DNA from: Cupriavidus necator
GTDB lineage: Bacteria > Pseudomonadota > Gammaproteobacteria > Burkholderiales > Burkholderiaceae
DNA length: 32,000 nucleotides
Reading direction: 5' to 3'
NCBI RefSeq assembly: GCF_016127575.1
Contig: NZ_CP066018.1
Location: 1,530,001 to 1,562,000, forward strand
The notes beneath the pieces are model-generated. The model did no database searches. It was not told where the DNA came from and worked only from the letters and a program-made list of their open reading frames with translations. The translations under genes and the position numbers were made by a program. This document shows positions 16,887 to 26,166 of this stretch, in pieces. Position 1 is the first letter of the stretch, and every line of letters starts with the position of its first letter.

Positions 16887-18401
16887 TCAGGCCGCGTTGT
16901 CGGCCTGCGCGTGCGCCGAGGTGCGGGTCGCGTGCCAGCGCAACAGGCGCGGGATCACCACCACCGCCACGGTCAGCGCCAGGATGGTGGCCGAGATCGG
17001 CTGGCGCAGGAACAGGGTCCAGTCGCCCTGGCCGATCGACAGCGCATTGCGCAGCTGCTTCTCGGCCATCGGCCCCAGGATCATGCCCACGATCACCGGC
17101 GCGGTGGGGAAGTCGAAGCGGCGCATCACCATGCCGAGCAGGCCGACCACGAACAGCAGCAGCAGGTCGAACCACGACTGGCGGATGCCGTAGGCGCCCA
17201 GCCCGGCGAAGATCAGGATGCCGCCGTACAGCAGCGGCGTGGGCACGCGCAGCATGCGCACCCACAGCCCGATCGCCGGCAGGTTCAGCACCAGCAGCAT
17301 GACGTTGCCGATATACAGCGACGCCAGCAGGCCCCACACCAGGTCGCCCGAGGTCTGGAACAGCATCGGGCCCGGCTGCAGGTTGTAGTTCTGGAACGCG
17401 GCCAGCAGGATCGCGGTGGTGTTGGAGGTGGGGATGCCCAGCGTCAGCAGCGGGGCCAGCGTCGCGGTCACTGCGGCGTTGTTGGCCGCTTCGGGGCCGG
17501 CCACGCCTTCGATCGCGCCGACCTTGCCGAAGTCTTCCTTGTGGTCGGACAGCTTCTTCTCGGTGGCATACGACAGGAAGGTCGGGATCTCGGCGCCGCC
17601 GGCGGGGATCAGCCCGAACGGGAAGCCGATGAAGGTGCCGCGGATCCACGCCGGGATCGAGCGCTTCCAGTCCGACTTGTTCATGTGGACCGAGCTGAGC
17701 TTGTTGAAGGTGCCCGCCGGCTGCGGGAAGAACGCGTTGAACAGCGCCTCGCCCACCGCGAACAGGCCCACCGCCACCACCACGATGTCGATGCCGTCGT
17801 ACAGCTCCTGCACGTTCATCGAATAGCGGGTCTGGCCCGACAGCGAATCCATGCCGATCAGGCCGATGCCCAGGCCCAGGAACAGTGCGGTCATGCCGCG
17901 CAGCAGCGACGAGCCCAGCACGGCCGAGACCGTGGTGAAGGCCAGCAGCATGATCATGAAGTACTCGCCCGGGCCGAACTGCAGCGCAACGTCCGCCGCC
18001 ACCGGCGCGAACATCGACAGCATCACCGTGGCGATGGTGCCCGCCACGAACGAGCCGATCGCCGCGGTGGCCAGCGCCGGGCCGGCGCGCCCGTTCTTGG
18101 CCATCAGGTTGCCTTCCATGGCTGTGACCATGGTGGAAGACTCGCCCGGCGTGTTCATCAGGATCGAGGTGGTCGAGCCGCCGTACATCGCGCCGTAGTA
18201 GATGCCGGCGAACATGATCAGCGCGGCGGTCGGTTCCACCTTGGCGGTCAGCGGCAGCAGCATCGCCACCGTCAGCGCGGGGCCGATGCCCGGCAGCACG
18301 CCGATGGCGGTGCCAAGGAAGCAGCCCACCAGGGCCCACATCAGGTTGATCGGCGTGATGGCCACGGCAAAGCCGTGCATCAGCTGGTTCAGGGTATCCA
18401 T
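16887..18401 (-). CDS. tctA: tripartite tricarboxylate transporter permease, large subunit TctA
   Basis: The 504-aa polytopic membrane protein starts [42 protein letters not shown], typical of TctA. An AAGGAG RBS precedes it, and it follows tctB and tctC. Confidence 0.9.
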   Translation of the reverse strand: MDTLNQLMHGFAVAITPINLMWALVGCFLGTAIGVLPGIGPALTVAMLLPLTAKVEPTAALIMFAGIYYGAMYGGSTTSILMNTPGESSTMVTAMEGNLMAKNGRAGPALATAAIGSFVAGTIATVMLSMFAPVAADVALQFGPGEYFMIMLLAFTTVSAVLGSSLLRGMTALFLGLGIGLIGMDSLSGQTRYSMNVQELYDGIDIVVVAVGLFAVGEALFNAFFPQPAGTFNKLSSVHMNKSDWKRSIPAWIRGTFIGFPFGLIPAGGAEIPTFLSYATEKKLSDHKEDFGKVGAIEGVAGPEAANNAAVTATLAPLLTLGIPTSNTTAILLAAFQNYNLQPGPMLFQTSGDLVWGLLASLYIGNVMLLVLNLPAIGLWVRMLRVPTPLLYGGILIFAGLGAYGIRQSWFDLLLLFVVGLLGMVMRRFDFPTAPVIVGMILGPMAEKQLRNALSIGQGDWTLFLRQPISATILALTVAVVVIPRLLRWHATRTSAHAQADNAA

Positions 18402-18433
18402 TCGAAGACTCCTTGCTGGACGGGCGGGCGGGC

Positions 18434-18907
18434 TCAGAAGCCGGCGATGGGCAGCAGCGGCAGGTTGATGCCGAGCAGGAACTCAAACAGCGCCCACATC
18501 GGCACCGTGATGCACAGGCCCATCAGCGCGTCGCGCACGATGCGGCGGCTGCCGTAGCCACGCGCCACGCACACCATCAGCAGCGTGGAAGCGATCACGA
18601 AGCCAAGCGTGCCGATCAGCGCCATGTTCAGCACCAGGCCCGCGGCCACCCACAGGAAGCCGCCGAAGTTGTGCGGCGCGTTGGGCAGCTCGGCATCTTC
18701 TTCCGGCATATTGCGGAAACCGCCGCGCACGCCCTGCCAGGTCAGCAGCGCGCCGCACACGGCCAGGCCGACGGCCACCAGCGTGGGCACGAAGCGCGGC
18801 GACAGGCCGGCGTAGCCCTCGTCGCCGGAAATGCCGGACAGCCCGAGGAAGAAAAACAGGGAGAGCGCCAGCACGGCAATGCCGATGGCGAGGTGCGAGG
18901 GTTTCAT
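18434..18907 (-). CDS. tctB: tripartite tricarboxylate transporter small subunit TctB
   Basis: ATG 18907 follows a GGAG RBS. The 157-aa product has 4 TM segments ([22 protein letters not shown]...). It lies between tctC and tctA. Confidence 0.8.
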   Translation of the reverse strand: MKPSHLAIGIAVLALSLFFFLGLSGISGDEGYAGLSPRFVPTLVAVGLAVCGALLTWQGVRGGFRNMPEEDAELPNAPHNFGGFLWVAAGLVLNMALIGTLGFVIASTLLMVCVARGYGSRRIVRDALMGLCITVPMWALFEFLLGINLPLLPIAGF

Positions 18908-19047
18908 GGAGACTCCTTGGCCTTTGTCGCCAGCATGGGTGCTGGCGTCCGCGACGCTGGCAGGTGCTGCCCGCGCGGCGGCAGGGCCCGGCGACATATG
19001 ATTATTTGTCTGGTATCGCAGGTGGACACCGGGCCCTGCGCCGTTTT

Positions 19048-19134
19048 CCTGCCGCCGGGTTCACCGGCGGGATTGGCAGGCACGACAGGTAAAGCAGGTT
19101 GATGCGGTACTGCCGGTTTGGGTGCTGCCGGCAG
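19048..19134 (-). other. two GC-rich stem-loops without U-tracts in the 230-bp tctC-tctB spacer
   Basis: The first is CTGCCGG-N11-CCGGCAG (19110-19134), 3 nt after the tctC stop. The second is CCGCCGG-N5-CCGGCGG with an outer CCTGC/GCAGG extension (19048-19080). Confidence 0.4.
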
Positions 19135-19137
19135 TTC

Positions 19138-20106
19138 TTACTTGGCCACGCCCAGTTCACGCAGCGAGCCGCCCAGGCGGGCCGATTCGCTGTCGACGAA
19201 CTTGCCGAACTCGTCGCCAGTCAGCAGGAACGGGGTCCAGTCATTCTTCTGCAGCGTGTCCTTCCAGGCCTGGCTCTCGGTGGCCTTGACCACGGCGTCG
19301 ATCATGGCCTTGCGCTGCTCGGCGCTGATGCCGGGCGCGCCGTACACGCCGCGCCAGTTATAGATCTCGACGTTCACGCCTTGCTCCTTGAGCGTCGGGA
19401 TATCGGCGGTGCGGTCCTTGGAGGTCACCGCCAGCGCGCGCATCTTGCCGCTCTTGATGAAGGGCAGGAATTCCGACACGCCGGCGATGCCCACCGTCAC
19501 GTGGCCGCCCATGATCGAGGCCGAGGCTTCGCCGCCGCCCTGGAACGGCACGTAGTTGATCTTCTTGGGATCGACGCCCGATTCCTTGGCGATCAGGCCG
19601 GCCAGGATGTGGTCGATCGAACCCTTGGAGCCGCCGCCCCAGCTGACGCTGCCCGGGTTGGCCTTGAGCTGCGTGGTCAGGTCCTTGACCGACTTGATCG
19701 GCGAGCTGGCCGGCACGGTGATGACCATGGTGTCGGCGAACAGGCGCGCGATCGGGGTGGCGTTCTTCAGCGTGACCGGCGGCTTGTTGGTCTCGATCGC
19801 GCCCACCATCACCGCGCCCACCACCATCAGCGCATTGGGGTTGCCCTTGTCGGTATTGACGAACTGGGTCAGCGCGATGGTGCCGCCGGCGCCGCCCTTG
19901 TTGTCGTATGAAGCGGTCTTGGCCTGGCCCGCGGCAATCATCGCGGCGCCCAGCGAGCGGCCGGTCTGGTCAAAGCCGCCGCCGGGGTTGGCGCCGATCA
20001 TGACCTTGACGCTATCGAGCGCAAAGGCCGGCGCGGCGGCGAAGGTGGCGGCAACGGCGGCCGATGCCATCACGGCATGGGCCAGGCGGGAATAGGTACG
20101 GCGCAT
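19138..20106 (-). CDS. tctC: tripartite tricarboxylate transporter substrate-binding protein TctC (Bug family)
   Basis: The 322-aa protein has the signal peptide ...AAAPAFA|LD and a Bug/TctC-type fold sequence (GGGFDQTGR, WGGGSKGSIDHILAGL). A CAGGAGA RBS precedes it. Confidence 0.9.
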   Translation of the reverse strand: MRRTYSRLAHAVMASAAVAATFAAAPAFALDSVKVMIGANPGGGFDQTGRSLGAAMIAAGQAKTASYDNKGGAGGTIALTQFVNTDKGNPNALMVVGAVMVGAIETNKPPVTLKNATPIARLFADTMVITVPASSPIKSVKDLTTQLKANPGSVSWGGGSKGSIDHILAGLIAKESGVDPKKINYVPFQGGGEASASIMGGHVTVGIAGVSEFLPFIKSGKMRALAVTSKDRTADIPTLKEQGVNVEIYNWRGVYGAPGISAEQRKAMIDAVVKATESQAWKDTLQKNDWTPFLLTGDEFGKFVDSESARLGGSLRELGVAK

Positions 20107-20353
20107 AGCGGTCTCCTGGTGTTACCGGGGATGCGCCATGCCAGCCTGCTGGCAGCCGCGATCCGACCCGGGCGTTCCGGCTGCCACTGCGTTGCGGGGG
20201 ACGGGAAGACAGCCTGGCGGACTGCGCGAAAGGCGCAGTGCCGGTGCTTGTCTCCTGTCCGGCGCGGCGGGGCGTGGCCGGGACTGTTCTTGGACTTTTG
20301 GTGAACGTCAGACCGGAATTACCGGTCATGGGGCGGATTCTAGGCGGGGGAAA

Positions 20354-20370
20354 CTGTCAAAAGGCTGTCA
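20354..20370 (+). promoter_or_regulatory. Pho-box-like 11-bp-phased direct repeat (candidate OmpR/PhoB-family, e.g. TctD, binding site)
   Basis: The sequence is CTGTCAA-AAGG-CTGTCAA, compared with the Pho box CTGTCAT-N4-CTGTCAT. It lies about 250 bp upstream of the tctC start. Confidence 0.4.
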
Positions 20371-20432
20371 ATCGGGGGCAGAAAGGGTCGGGGTTTACGT
20401 GGATGGCGGATTGCAGCGCGGGCGCAGGCCCC

Positions 20433-21269
20433 TCAACCCGCCGGCTTCGCCTGCAGGCACGGGTCCTTGCGCGCCACCGCCGGCACCACCACGGCCATGT
20501 CGAACTCGCCGTCGGCAGGCGGGTTTTCCACATACCCCACGCTGACCACCTGCCCCACGCCCGCCCCCAGCCAGCGCGGCACGCCGATGTCGCGCCGCAC
20601 GTGGCCGTTGCCGGCGATCAGCACCGCGCCGCGCTGCGCGTAGGGGCGCAGCGTCTGCGCCATCACCGCATCGCGCGCGGCCTGCGCCGCCAGCATCCCG
20701 GGCAGCATGGCCTTGGGGAAATTGCCGCAGTGGCCCCGGTCCAGCACCGCCGTCTGCGCGGCCACGAGGTCGCCGGGGAGCGCACCGGACAGACCCAGCT
20801 GCTGGCGCTCGCCGGCCGGGAACAGGCTGTCCAGTCCGCCGCGCACGATCTTGCCGGCGTCGGCGCGCGACAGGTTGGCCGCCACCAGCGGCAGGTCGTA
20901 CCGCAGCGCCAGCGCCACCACCGGCCGGTACAGCGGCCATTGCCAGGCACCGCCGCCGGCCTGGGCGATCAGGTAGTCGGCATCGCGCGGGCGCTCGCGG
21001 CGGGCGCGCTCGATATCGGGCTGGCGCTCGCGGTCGAACTGTTCCATGGCGATGGCCGGGCGCCAGCCTTGCTCGACGGCGCGCGTCAGCGCGGCCAGGC
21101 GCTGCTGCTGCGCGGCGGCGTTGTCGTGGACCTCGCCCAGCAGCACGTAGGACTTGCCGGCGAAGGCGGCGCTGACCGCCTCGGGCGCGGGGCGCGTGGC
21201 CGCGCAGCCGGTGGCGAGCACAGCGACAGCGGCGGCCAGCATGCCGGCAATGCGCAAACGGAATGACAT
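20433..21269 (-). CDS. ChaN-family lipoprotein (haem-binding uptake / Tiki-like superfamily)
   Basis: ATG 21269 follows an AAGGAA RBS. The lipobox is LATG|C. The conserved LLGEVHDN motif and overall ChaN-like sequence are present. Confidence 0.75.
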   Translation of the reverse strand: MSFRLRIAGMLAAAVAVLATGCAATRPAPEAVSAAFAGKSYVLLGEVHDNAAAQQQRLAALTRAVEQGWRPAIAMEQFDRERQPDIERARRERPRDADYLIAQAGGGAWQWPLYRPVVALALRYDLPLVAANLSRADAGKIVRGGLDSLFPAGERQQLGLSGALPGDLVAAQTAVLDRGHCGNFPKAMLPGMLAAQAARDAVMAQTLRPYAQRGAVLIAGNGHVRRDIGVPRWLGAGVGQVVSVGYVENPPADGEFDMAVVVPAVARKDPCLQAKPAG

Positions 21270-21529
21270 CACGCAGTTCCTTTCCCTATCTCGTTGTAGT
21301 GGCGGGGTTGGCGGCCTGCGCTCCCGCTTGTTGCCCGGGTTGGTGTGATGGTCACGTCATCATTCCGTGACGACGCGCGGGCGTTCCAGGCGGTGCGCGG
21401 CGACGTCGAGCGCATCGGTGTTCGCAACCTTGTGCCGGCGCGCCCACGTCACCAGCACGTAGCCGCGCCCGCTTTCAGGCGGATGGCGCGCGCAGCCACT
21501 ACATGTCGCTGATGTCCGACCCTGGCCGG

Positions 21530-21566
21530 CACCTCGAAAGCAAAGAGCCCGCAGCAATGCTGCGGC
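21530..21566 (-). terminator. candidate terminator of the second RND operon
   Basis: A 7-bp stem CCGCAGC-aat-GCTGCGG (21549-21565) is followed on the minus strand by GCTCTTTGCTTTC. Confidence 0.45.
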
Positions 21567-21587
21567 CTCCTCTTGTCTGCCGGTGCC

Positions 21588-24500
21588 TCAGCGCTGGTGC
21601 ACGGTCTCGCCCGGAGCCTTGTCCGGCAGCTTGGTGCCTTCAGAATCAATCTGCAACGGCCCCGTCCCGGAGAACCGGTCCAGCGCGAGGTAGATCACCG
21701 GCGTGATAAACAGCGTGATCACCTGCGAGAACAGCAGGCCGCCGACCACGGCCAGGCCCAGCGGCTGGCGCAACTCGGCACCGGCGCCTAAGCCGAGCGC
21801 CAGCGGCAGCGCACCCATCACCGCGGCGAAGGTCGTCATCATGATCGGCCGGAAGCGCAGCAGGCACGCCTGCCGGATCGCCTTCGCCGGCGTCATCCCT
21901 TGTTCGCGCTGCGCGGCCAGCGCGAAGTCGATCATCATGATCGCGTTCTTCTTGACGATGCCGATCAGCATCAGCACGCCGATCACGGCAATCAGCGACA
22001 GCTCGACATTGAAGATGAACAGCGTCAGCAACGCGCCCACCGCCGCCGAAGGCAAACCCGCCAGGATCGTCAGCGGATGAATATAGCTTTCATACAGCAC
22101 GCCCAGCAGCGTGTAGATCACCGCGATGGCTGCCACCAGCAGCACGATCTGCGTCGCCTGCGACGACTGGAACACCGCCGCGTCGCCGCCCCAGCTGGTG
22201 AAGATCGAGCTGGGCATGGCGATCTCCTGCCGGTAGCGGTCGATGCGTGCCGAAGCATCGCCCAGCGCCGCGCCCGGCGCCAGGTTGAACGACACCGTCA
22301 CCGAAGGCAGCTGCCCCTGGTGGTTGACGGAGATTGGCCCGACCCGGCGCTCGGTGGTGGCGAAGGCTGAGACCGGCACCATCTGGCCGGTCTTGCTGCG
22401 CACATAGAGCTTGGAGAACGCGCTCTCGTCGGTGCGGTCGACATCGGCCGCCTGCAGGATCACGTAGTAGTTGTCGATCGGCGTATAGATGGTCGACACC
22501 TGCCGCTCGCCGAAGGCCGAGTACAGCGCGGTGCGCACGTCCTGCATCTGCACACCCAGCGCATTGGCCTTGTCGCGGTCGATCGACAGGTGCGCCTCCA
22601 GCCCGGACTGCTGCGAATCGCTGGTGACGTCGCGGAAGATCGGATCGGCGCGCATCTTTGCCATCAGCTGGTCGGACGAGTCCTGCAGCTGGCCGGCCTT
22701 CACGCTCTGCAATGTGTACTGGTAGCGGCTCTTGCTCTGGCGCCCGCCCAGCTGCAGGTTCTGCACCGGCGCAAAGTACACCGCCAGGCCCGGCACACCG
22801 GCAACATCGCGCCGCAGCGACTCGATCACCTTCGGCATCGCTTCGCGCTCGCCGCGCGGCTTCAGTTCGACAAACATGCGCCCGGTGTTGATGGCGGGCG
22901 ACGGGCCGCCGCCGATGGCGACCACGATGCTCTTGACCGCGGGGTTGGCGCGCATGCGCTCGGCGGCGTCGCGCAGGCGTTCCGCCATGGCGTCGAAGGA
23001 GATGTCCTGCGGGCCTTCGGCGTTGACGCGGATCTGGCCGATGTCCTCTTCGGGGAAGAAGCCCTTGGGAATGGTGACGAACAGCACCGCGGTCAGCACG
23101 AAGGTCAGGCCCGCGACCGCCAACACGGTGCGGCGGTGCGCCAGGCACCAGTCCAGCCCGCGCGCATAGCGGTGCAGCGTGAACTCGAACAGGTTCTCGA
23201 ACCACTGCGTGGAGCGCATGCCGAAGGTCTGCTTCTGCACGATGTCGGGCTGCGCCGACGCGTGGTCGCCGTAGGCATGGTGCGATTCATCCACCGGCAC
23301 GTTCTCGGCCGACAGGAAGCGCGCGCACAGCATCGGGATCAGCGTCAGCGACACCAGCGCCGATACCAGGATCGCCAGCGACACCACCGCGGCAAATTCA
23401 TGGAACAACAGCCCGATCACGCCCGGCATGAAGAAGATCGGGATAAACACCGCCACCAGCGAGATCGAGATCGACAGGATGGTGAAGCCCATCTCGCGCG
23501 AACCCACCAGCGCGGCCTTCAGCGGCGCCACGCCTTCCTCGATATGGCGCACGATGTTCTCGAGCATAACGATGGCGTCGTCCACCACCAGGCCCACCGC
23601 CAGGGTGATGGCCAGCAGCGAGACGTTGTCCAGGCTGTAGCCGAAGGCCTTCATCAGCGCCACCGTGCCGATCAGCGAGATCGGCAGCGACACCGTGGGG
23701 ATCAGCGTGGCGGCGGCGCGGCGCAGGAACAGGAAGATCACCATCACCACCAGCGCCACCGTCAGCGCCAGCGTGAACTGCACGTCGTGGATCGATTCGC
23801 GGATCGAGCGCGAGCGGTCGTTGACCACCGACACATTGACCGAGCCCGGCATCTGCTGGATCAGGCGGGGCAGGGCGGCGTTGATCGCATCGACCACTGC
23901 CACGGTGTTGGCGTCGGGCTGGCGCAGCACGGCCAGCACAATCGAGCGCTCGTTGTTGAGCCAGCTGCCGGTCTTGATGGTCTCGACGCTGTCCTCGACC
24001 TCGGCCACGTCAGAGAGCCGCACCAGCGCGCCGCTGGGCTGGCTGGCGACGATGATGTTGCGGAAGGCGTCGGCGCTGGTCAGCTGCCGGTTGGCCTGGA
24101 TGGTCAGGGTCTGGCGCGCGCTGTCGAGCGTGCCCACCGGCGTGTTGGCGTTGGCGCGATTGAGCGCCGTGGCCAGCTCGTCTAGCGTCAGGCCGCGCGC
24201 GGCGAGCGCATCGGGGTGGGCGCGCACGCGCACGGCAAAGCGCTTCTGCCCGAAGATCTGCACCTGCGCCACCCCCGGCAGCGTGGCCAGCGTGGGCGAG
24301 ATCAGGTTGTCGCCAAAGGCATTGAGGTCGGCCAGGCTCATCGCCGGCGAGTTGATCGCCAGCAGCAGCACCGGCGCGTCGGCCGGGTTGACCTTGCGGT
24401 ACGACGGCGGCACCGTCATCTCGATCGGCAGCGAACGCTGGGCGCGGAACAGTGCCGCCTGCACGTCGACGGCCGCGTCGTCGATATTGCGGTCGTTGTT

Positions 24501-24785
24501 GAATTCGATGGTGATGCTGGAGTTGCCGAGCGTGTTCTGCGAGCTGATCACCGTCACGCCGGGGATGGTCGCGAACTGCTTCTCCAGTTGCGTGGCCACC
24601 GACGCCGCCATGGTCTCCGGGCTGGCGCCGGGCAGCGTGGCGGTGACCTGGATCACCGGCGAGTTGAAGCTGGGCAGCGCCGCGATCGGGATGGTCGGAT
24701 ACAGCACGATGCCGGCGACCACCACCGCCAGGCACAGCAGCACCGTCATCACCGGACGGCGGATGCAGAGTTCAGACAGCGTCAT
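21588..24785 (-). CDS. efflux RND transporter permease subunit (MdtB/MdtC-like)
   Basis: The 1065-aa protein starts MTLSELCIRRPVMTVLLCLAVVVAG and has RND 12-TM topology. Its ATG lies 3 nt after the adaptor stop. Confidence 0.95.
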   Translation of the reverse strand: MTLSELCIRRPVMTVLLCLAVVVAGIVLYPTIPIAALPSFNSPVIQVTATLPGASPETMAASVATQLEKQFATIPGVTVISSQNTLGNSSITIEFNNDRNIDDAAVDVQAALFRAQRSLPIEMTVPPSYRKVNPADAPVLLLAINSPAMSLADLNAFGDNLISPTLATLPGVAQVQIFGQKRFAVRVRAHPDALAARGLTLDELATALNRANANTPVGTLDSARQTLTIQANRQLTSADAFRNIIVASQPSGALVRLSDVAEVEDSVETIKTGSWLNNERSIVLAVLRQPDANTVAVVDAINAALPRLIQQMPGSVNVSVVNDRSRSIRESIHDVQFTLALTVALVVMVIFLFLRRAAATLIPTVSLPISLIGTVALMKAFGYSLDNVSLLAITLAVGLVVDDAIVMLENIVRHIEEGVAPLKAALVGSREMGFTILSISISLVAVFIPIFFMPGVIGLLFHEFAAVVSLAILVSALVSLTLIPMLCARFLSAENVPVDESHHAYGDHASAQPDIVQKQTFGMRSTQWFENLFEFTLHRYARGLDWCLAHRRTVLAVAGLTFVLTAVLFVTIPKGFFPEEDIGQIRVNAEGPQDISFDAMAERLRDAAERMRANPAVKSIVVAIGGGPSPAINTGRMFVELKPRGEREAMPKVIESLRRDVAGVPGLAVYFAPVQNLQLGGRQSKSRYQYTLQSVKAGQLQDSSDQLMAKMRADPIFRDVTSDSQQSGLEAHLSIDRDKANALGVQMQDVRTALYSAFGERQVSTIYTPIDNYYVILQAADVDRTDESAFSKLYVRSKTGQMVPVSAFATTERRVGPISVNHQGQLPSVTVSFNLAPGAALGDASARIDRYRQEIAMPSSIFTSWGGDAAVFQSSQATQIVLLVAAIAVIYTLLGVLYESYIHPLTILAGLPSAAVGALLTLFIFNVELSLIAVIGVLMLIGIVKKNAIMMIDFALAAQREQGMTPAKAIRQACLLRFRPIMMTTFAAVMGALPLALGLGAGAELRQPLGLAVVGGLLFSQVITLFITPVIYLALDRFSGTGPLQIDSEGTKLPDKAPGETVHQR

Positions 24786-24788
24786 GGC

Positions 24789-26027
24789 TCAGTGCCCCGC
24801 GGTGGCAGGGGCCGGACGGGCGGCGGCGGCCGAGGCGCCGGCGGCCGGGGCCTCGCGCACCAGCGCGCCGGGGCGCAGGTTCTGCATGCCTTCCACGACT
24901 ACGCGGGCGCCGGGTTGCACCCCCTCGACCACGGCGGCGGCGGCAGTGGTGGTCACCACCTGCACCGGCACGCGCGCCACCTTGCTGTCGGGCTGGACCA
25001 CATAGACAAAGCGGCCTTCGGGGCCGGTCACCACCGCCTGCGGCGGCACCGACAGCGCGCCCTTCAGGGTCTGCACCACGGCGTTGACGTTGGCATAGGT
25101 GCCCGGCCACAGCCGCTGCTCCTCATTGTCGAACTGCGCCTTGACGCGGATGGTGCCGTACTGCGGATCGACGGTGTTATCCACAAAGGTGATCCTGCCG
25201 GTCACCGGGGTCTTGCTGCCGTCGTTGGGCAGCGCGGTGACCTGCACCGGGCCGGCGTGCAGCGCCTCGCGCAGCGCGCCCAGCTGCCGCTCGGGCAGGC
25301 TGAAGGTGACGGCAATCGGCTGCACCTGGGCGATGATGACCATCGGCTGGGTGCTGTTGGGCAGCACCAGCGAACCCGGGAAGGCGTTGATCACGCCGGT
25401 GCGGCCGCTGATGGTGGCGCGGATGGCGCCGTAGCTGACCGCCACGCGGCTGGCTTCGATCGCGGCCTGGTCGGCGCGCACGGTGGCGGCAAAACCATCC
25501 ACCTTGGCCTGGGCGGTGTCGACCGCGCTCCTGGAGATGAAGTTGCGCTGCAGCAGCTCCTGGCTGCGCGCGAGCGTGCGCCGGGCATCGGCCAGGTCGG
25601 CCTGGTCGCGCAGCAACTGGGCCTGAGCCTTGGCCAGGTTGGCCTCGTCCATGCGGGTATCGAGCGAGAACAGCAGGTCGCCCGGCCTGACGGTCTGGCC
25701 TTCCTTGATATGGACGGTGCGCACGGTGCTGGACACCTGCGGGCGCACCTCGACCGTGGACAGCGCGGTGACATTGCCGTTGGCCGTGACCTGCAGCGGC
25801 ACGTCGCCCTGCTGCACGCGCGCGGTGGACACCACCACGGCGGCCGGCGCCTTGGGCGCGGGCTTGGGCGCAAACCAGGTACGCCAGGCAAACCAGCCCA
25901 GGCCGGCAATGACCAGCACCACGGCCACCACCGCCCACGGCGATACGCGGCCGCGCCCGGTTCCGGTGGCCGCCCTCCAGTTGCTGTCGACGAAGCCCTT
26001 GGGCTGGTCGATCCTGTCAGATTTCAT
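24789..26027 (-). CDS. efflux RND transporter periplasmic adaptor subunit (MdtA-like, TM-anchored)
   Basis: An N-terminal transmembrane anchor (SPWAVVAVVLVIAGLGWFAW) replaces the lipobox. MFP lipoyl, hairpin and barrel regions are present. The start is uncertain: ATG 26027 or GTG 26048. Confidence 0.85.
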   Translation of the reverse strand: MKSDRIDQPKGFVDSNWRAATGTGRGRVSPWAVVAVVLVIAGLGWFAWRTWFAPKPAPKAPAAVVVSTARVQQGDVPLQVTANGNVTALSTVEVRPQVSSTVRTVHIKEGQTVRPGDLLFSLDTRMDEANLAKAQAQLLRDQADLADARRTLARSQELLQRNFISRSAVDTAQAKVDGFAATVRADQAAIEASRVAVSYGAIRATISGRTGVINAFPGSLVLPNSTQPMVIIAQVQPIAVTFSLPERQLGALREALHAGPVQVTALPNDGSKTPVTGRITFVDNTVDPQYGTIRVKAQFDNEEQRLWPGTYANVNAVVQTLKGALSVPPQAVVTGPEGRFVYVVQPDSKVARVPVQVVTTTAAAAVVEGVQPGARVVVEGMQNLRPGALVREAPAAGASAAAARPAPATAGH

Positions 26028-26166
26028 ATTTGTGTGGACCCTCTGCACCGCGTCTTCGCGCCACTCCCCGTAATCGCCCGGCTGGTTGTGCCCAGATGTT
26101 GCCGGTGCGCGTCGCGCAAAGACTCTACTAGTACCGCGCTTCGCCCGCCGGAGCCAGCGCCGCGTA

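Noticed and set aside
20150-20200. Sigma54-like TGGCA motifs on the minus strand upstream of tctC: TGGCAG-N5-ACGC and TGGCAT-N5-ATCC.
   Set aside because: The -12 elements do not match TTGC(A/T). TctD is an OmpR-family regulator, not an enhancer-binding-protein activator. In GC-rich DNA, GG-N10-GC alone is too common to mean anything.
21273-21587. A possible small gene or gene remnant between chaN and the second RND operon. Candidates are the 65-aa minus ORF at 21360-21557 and a 58-aa plus ORF starting at ATG 21348.
   Set aside because: By my hand count, third-position G+C is only about three quarters in either frame (about 39-40 of 53 codons), which is lower than it appears in the confirmed genes. 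I found no convincing RBS and recognised no family. Part of the region is explained by the RND operon terminator. A degraded pseudogene cannot be excluded.
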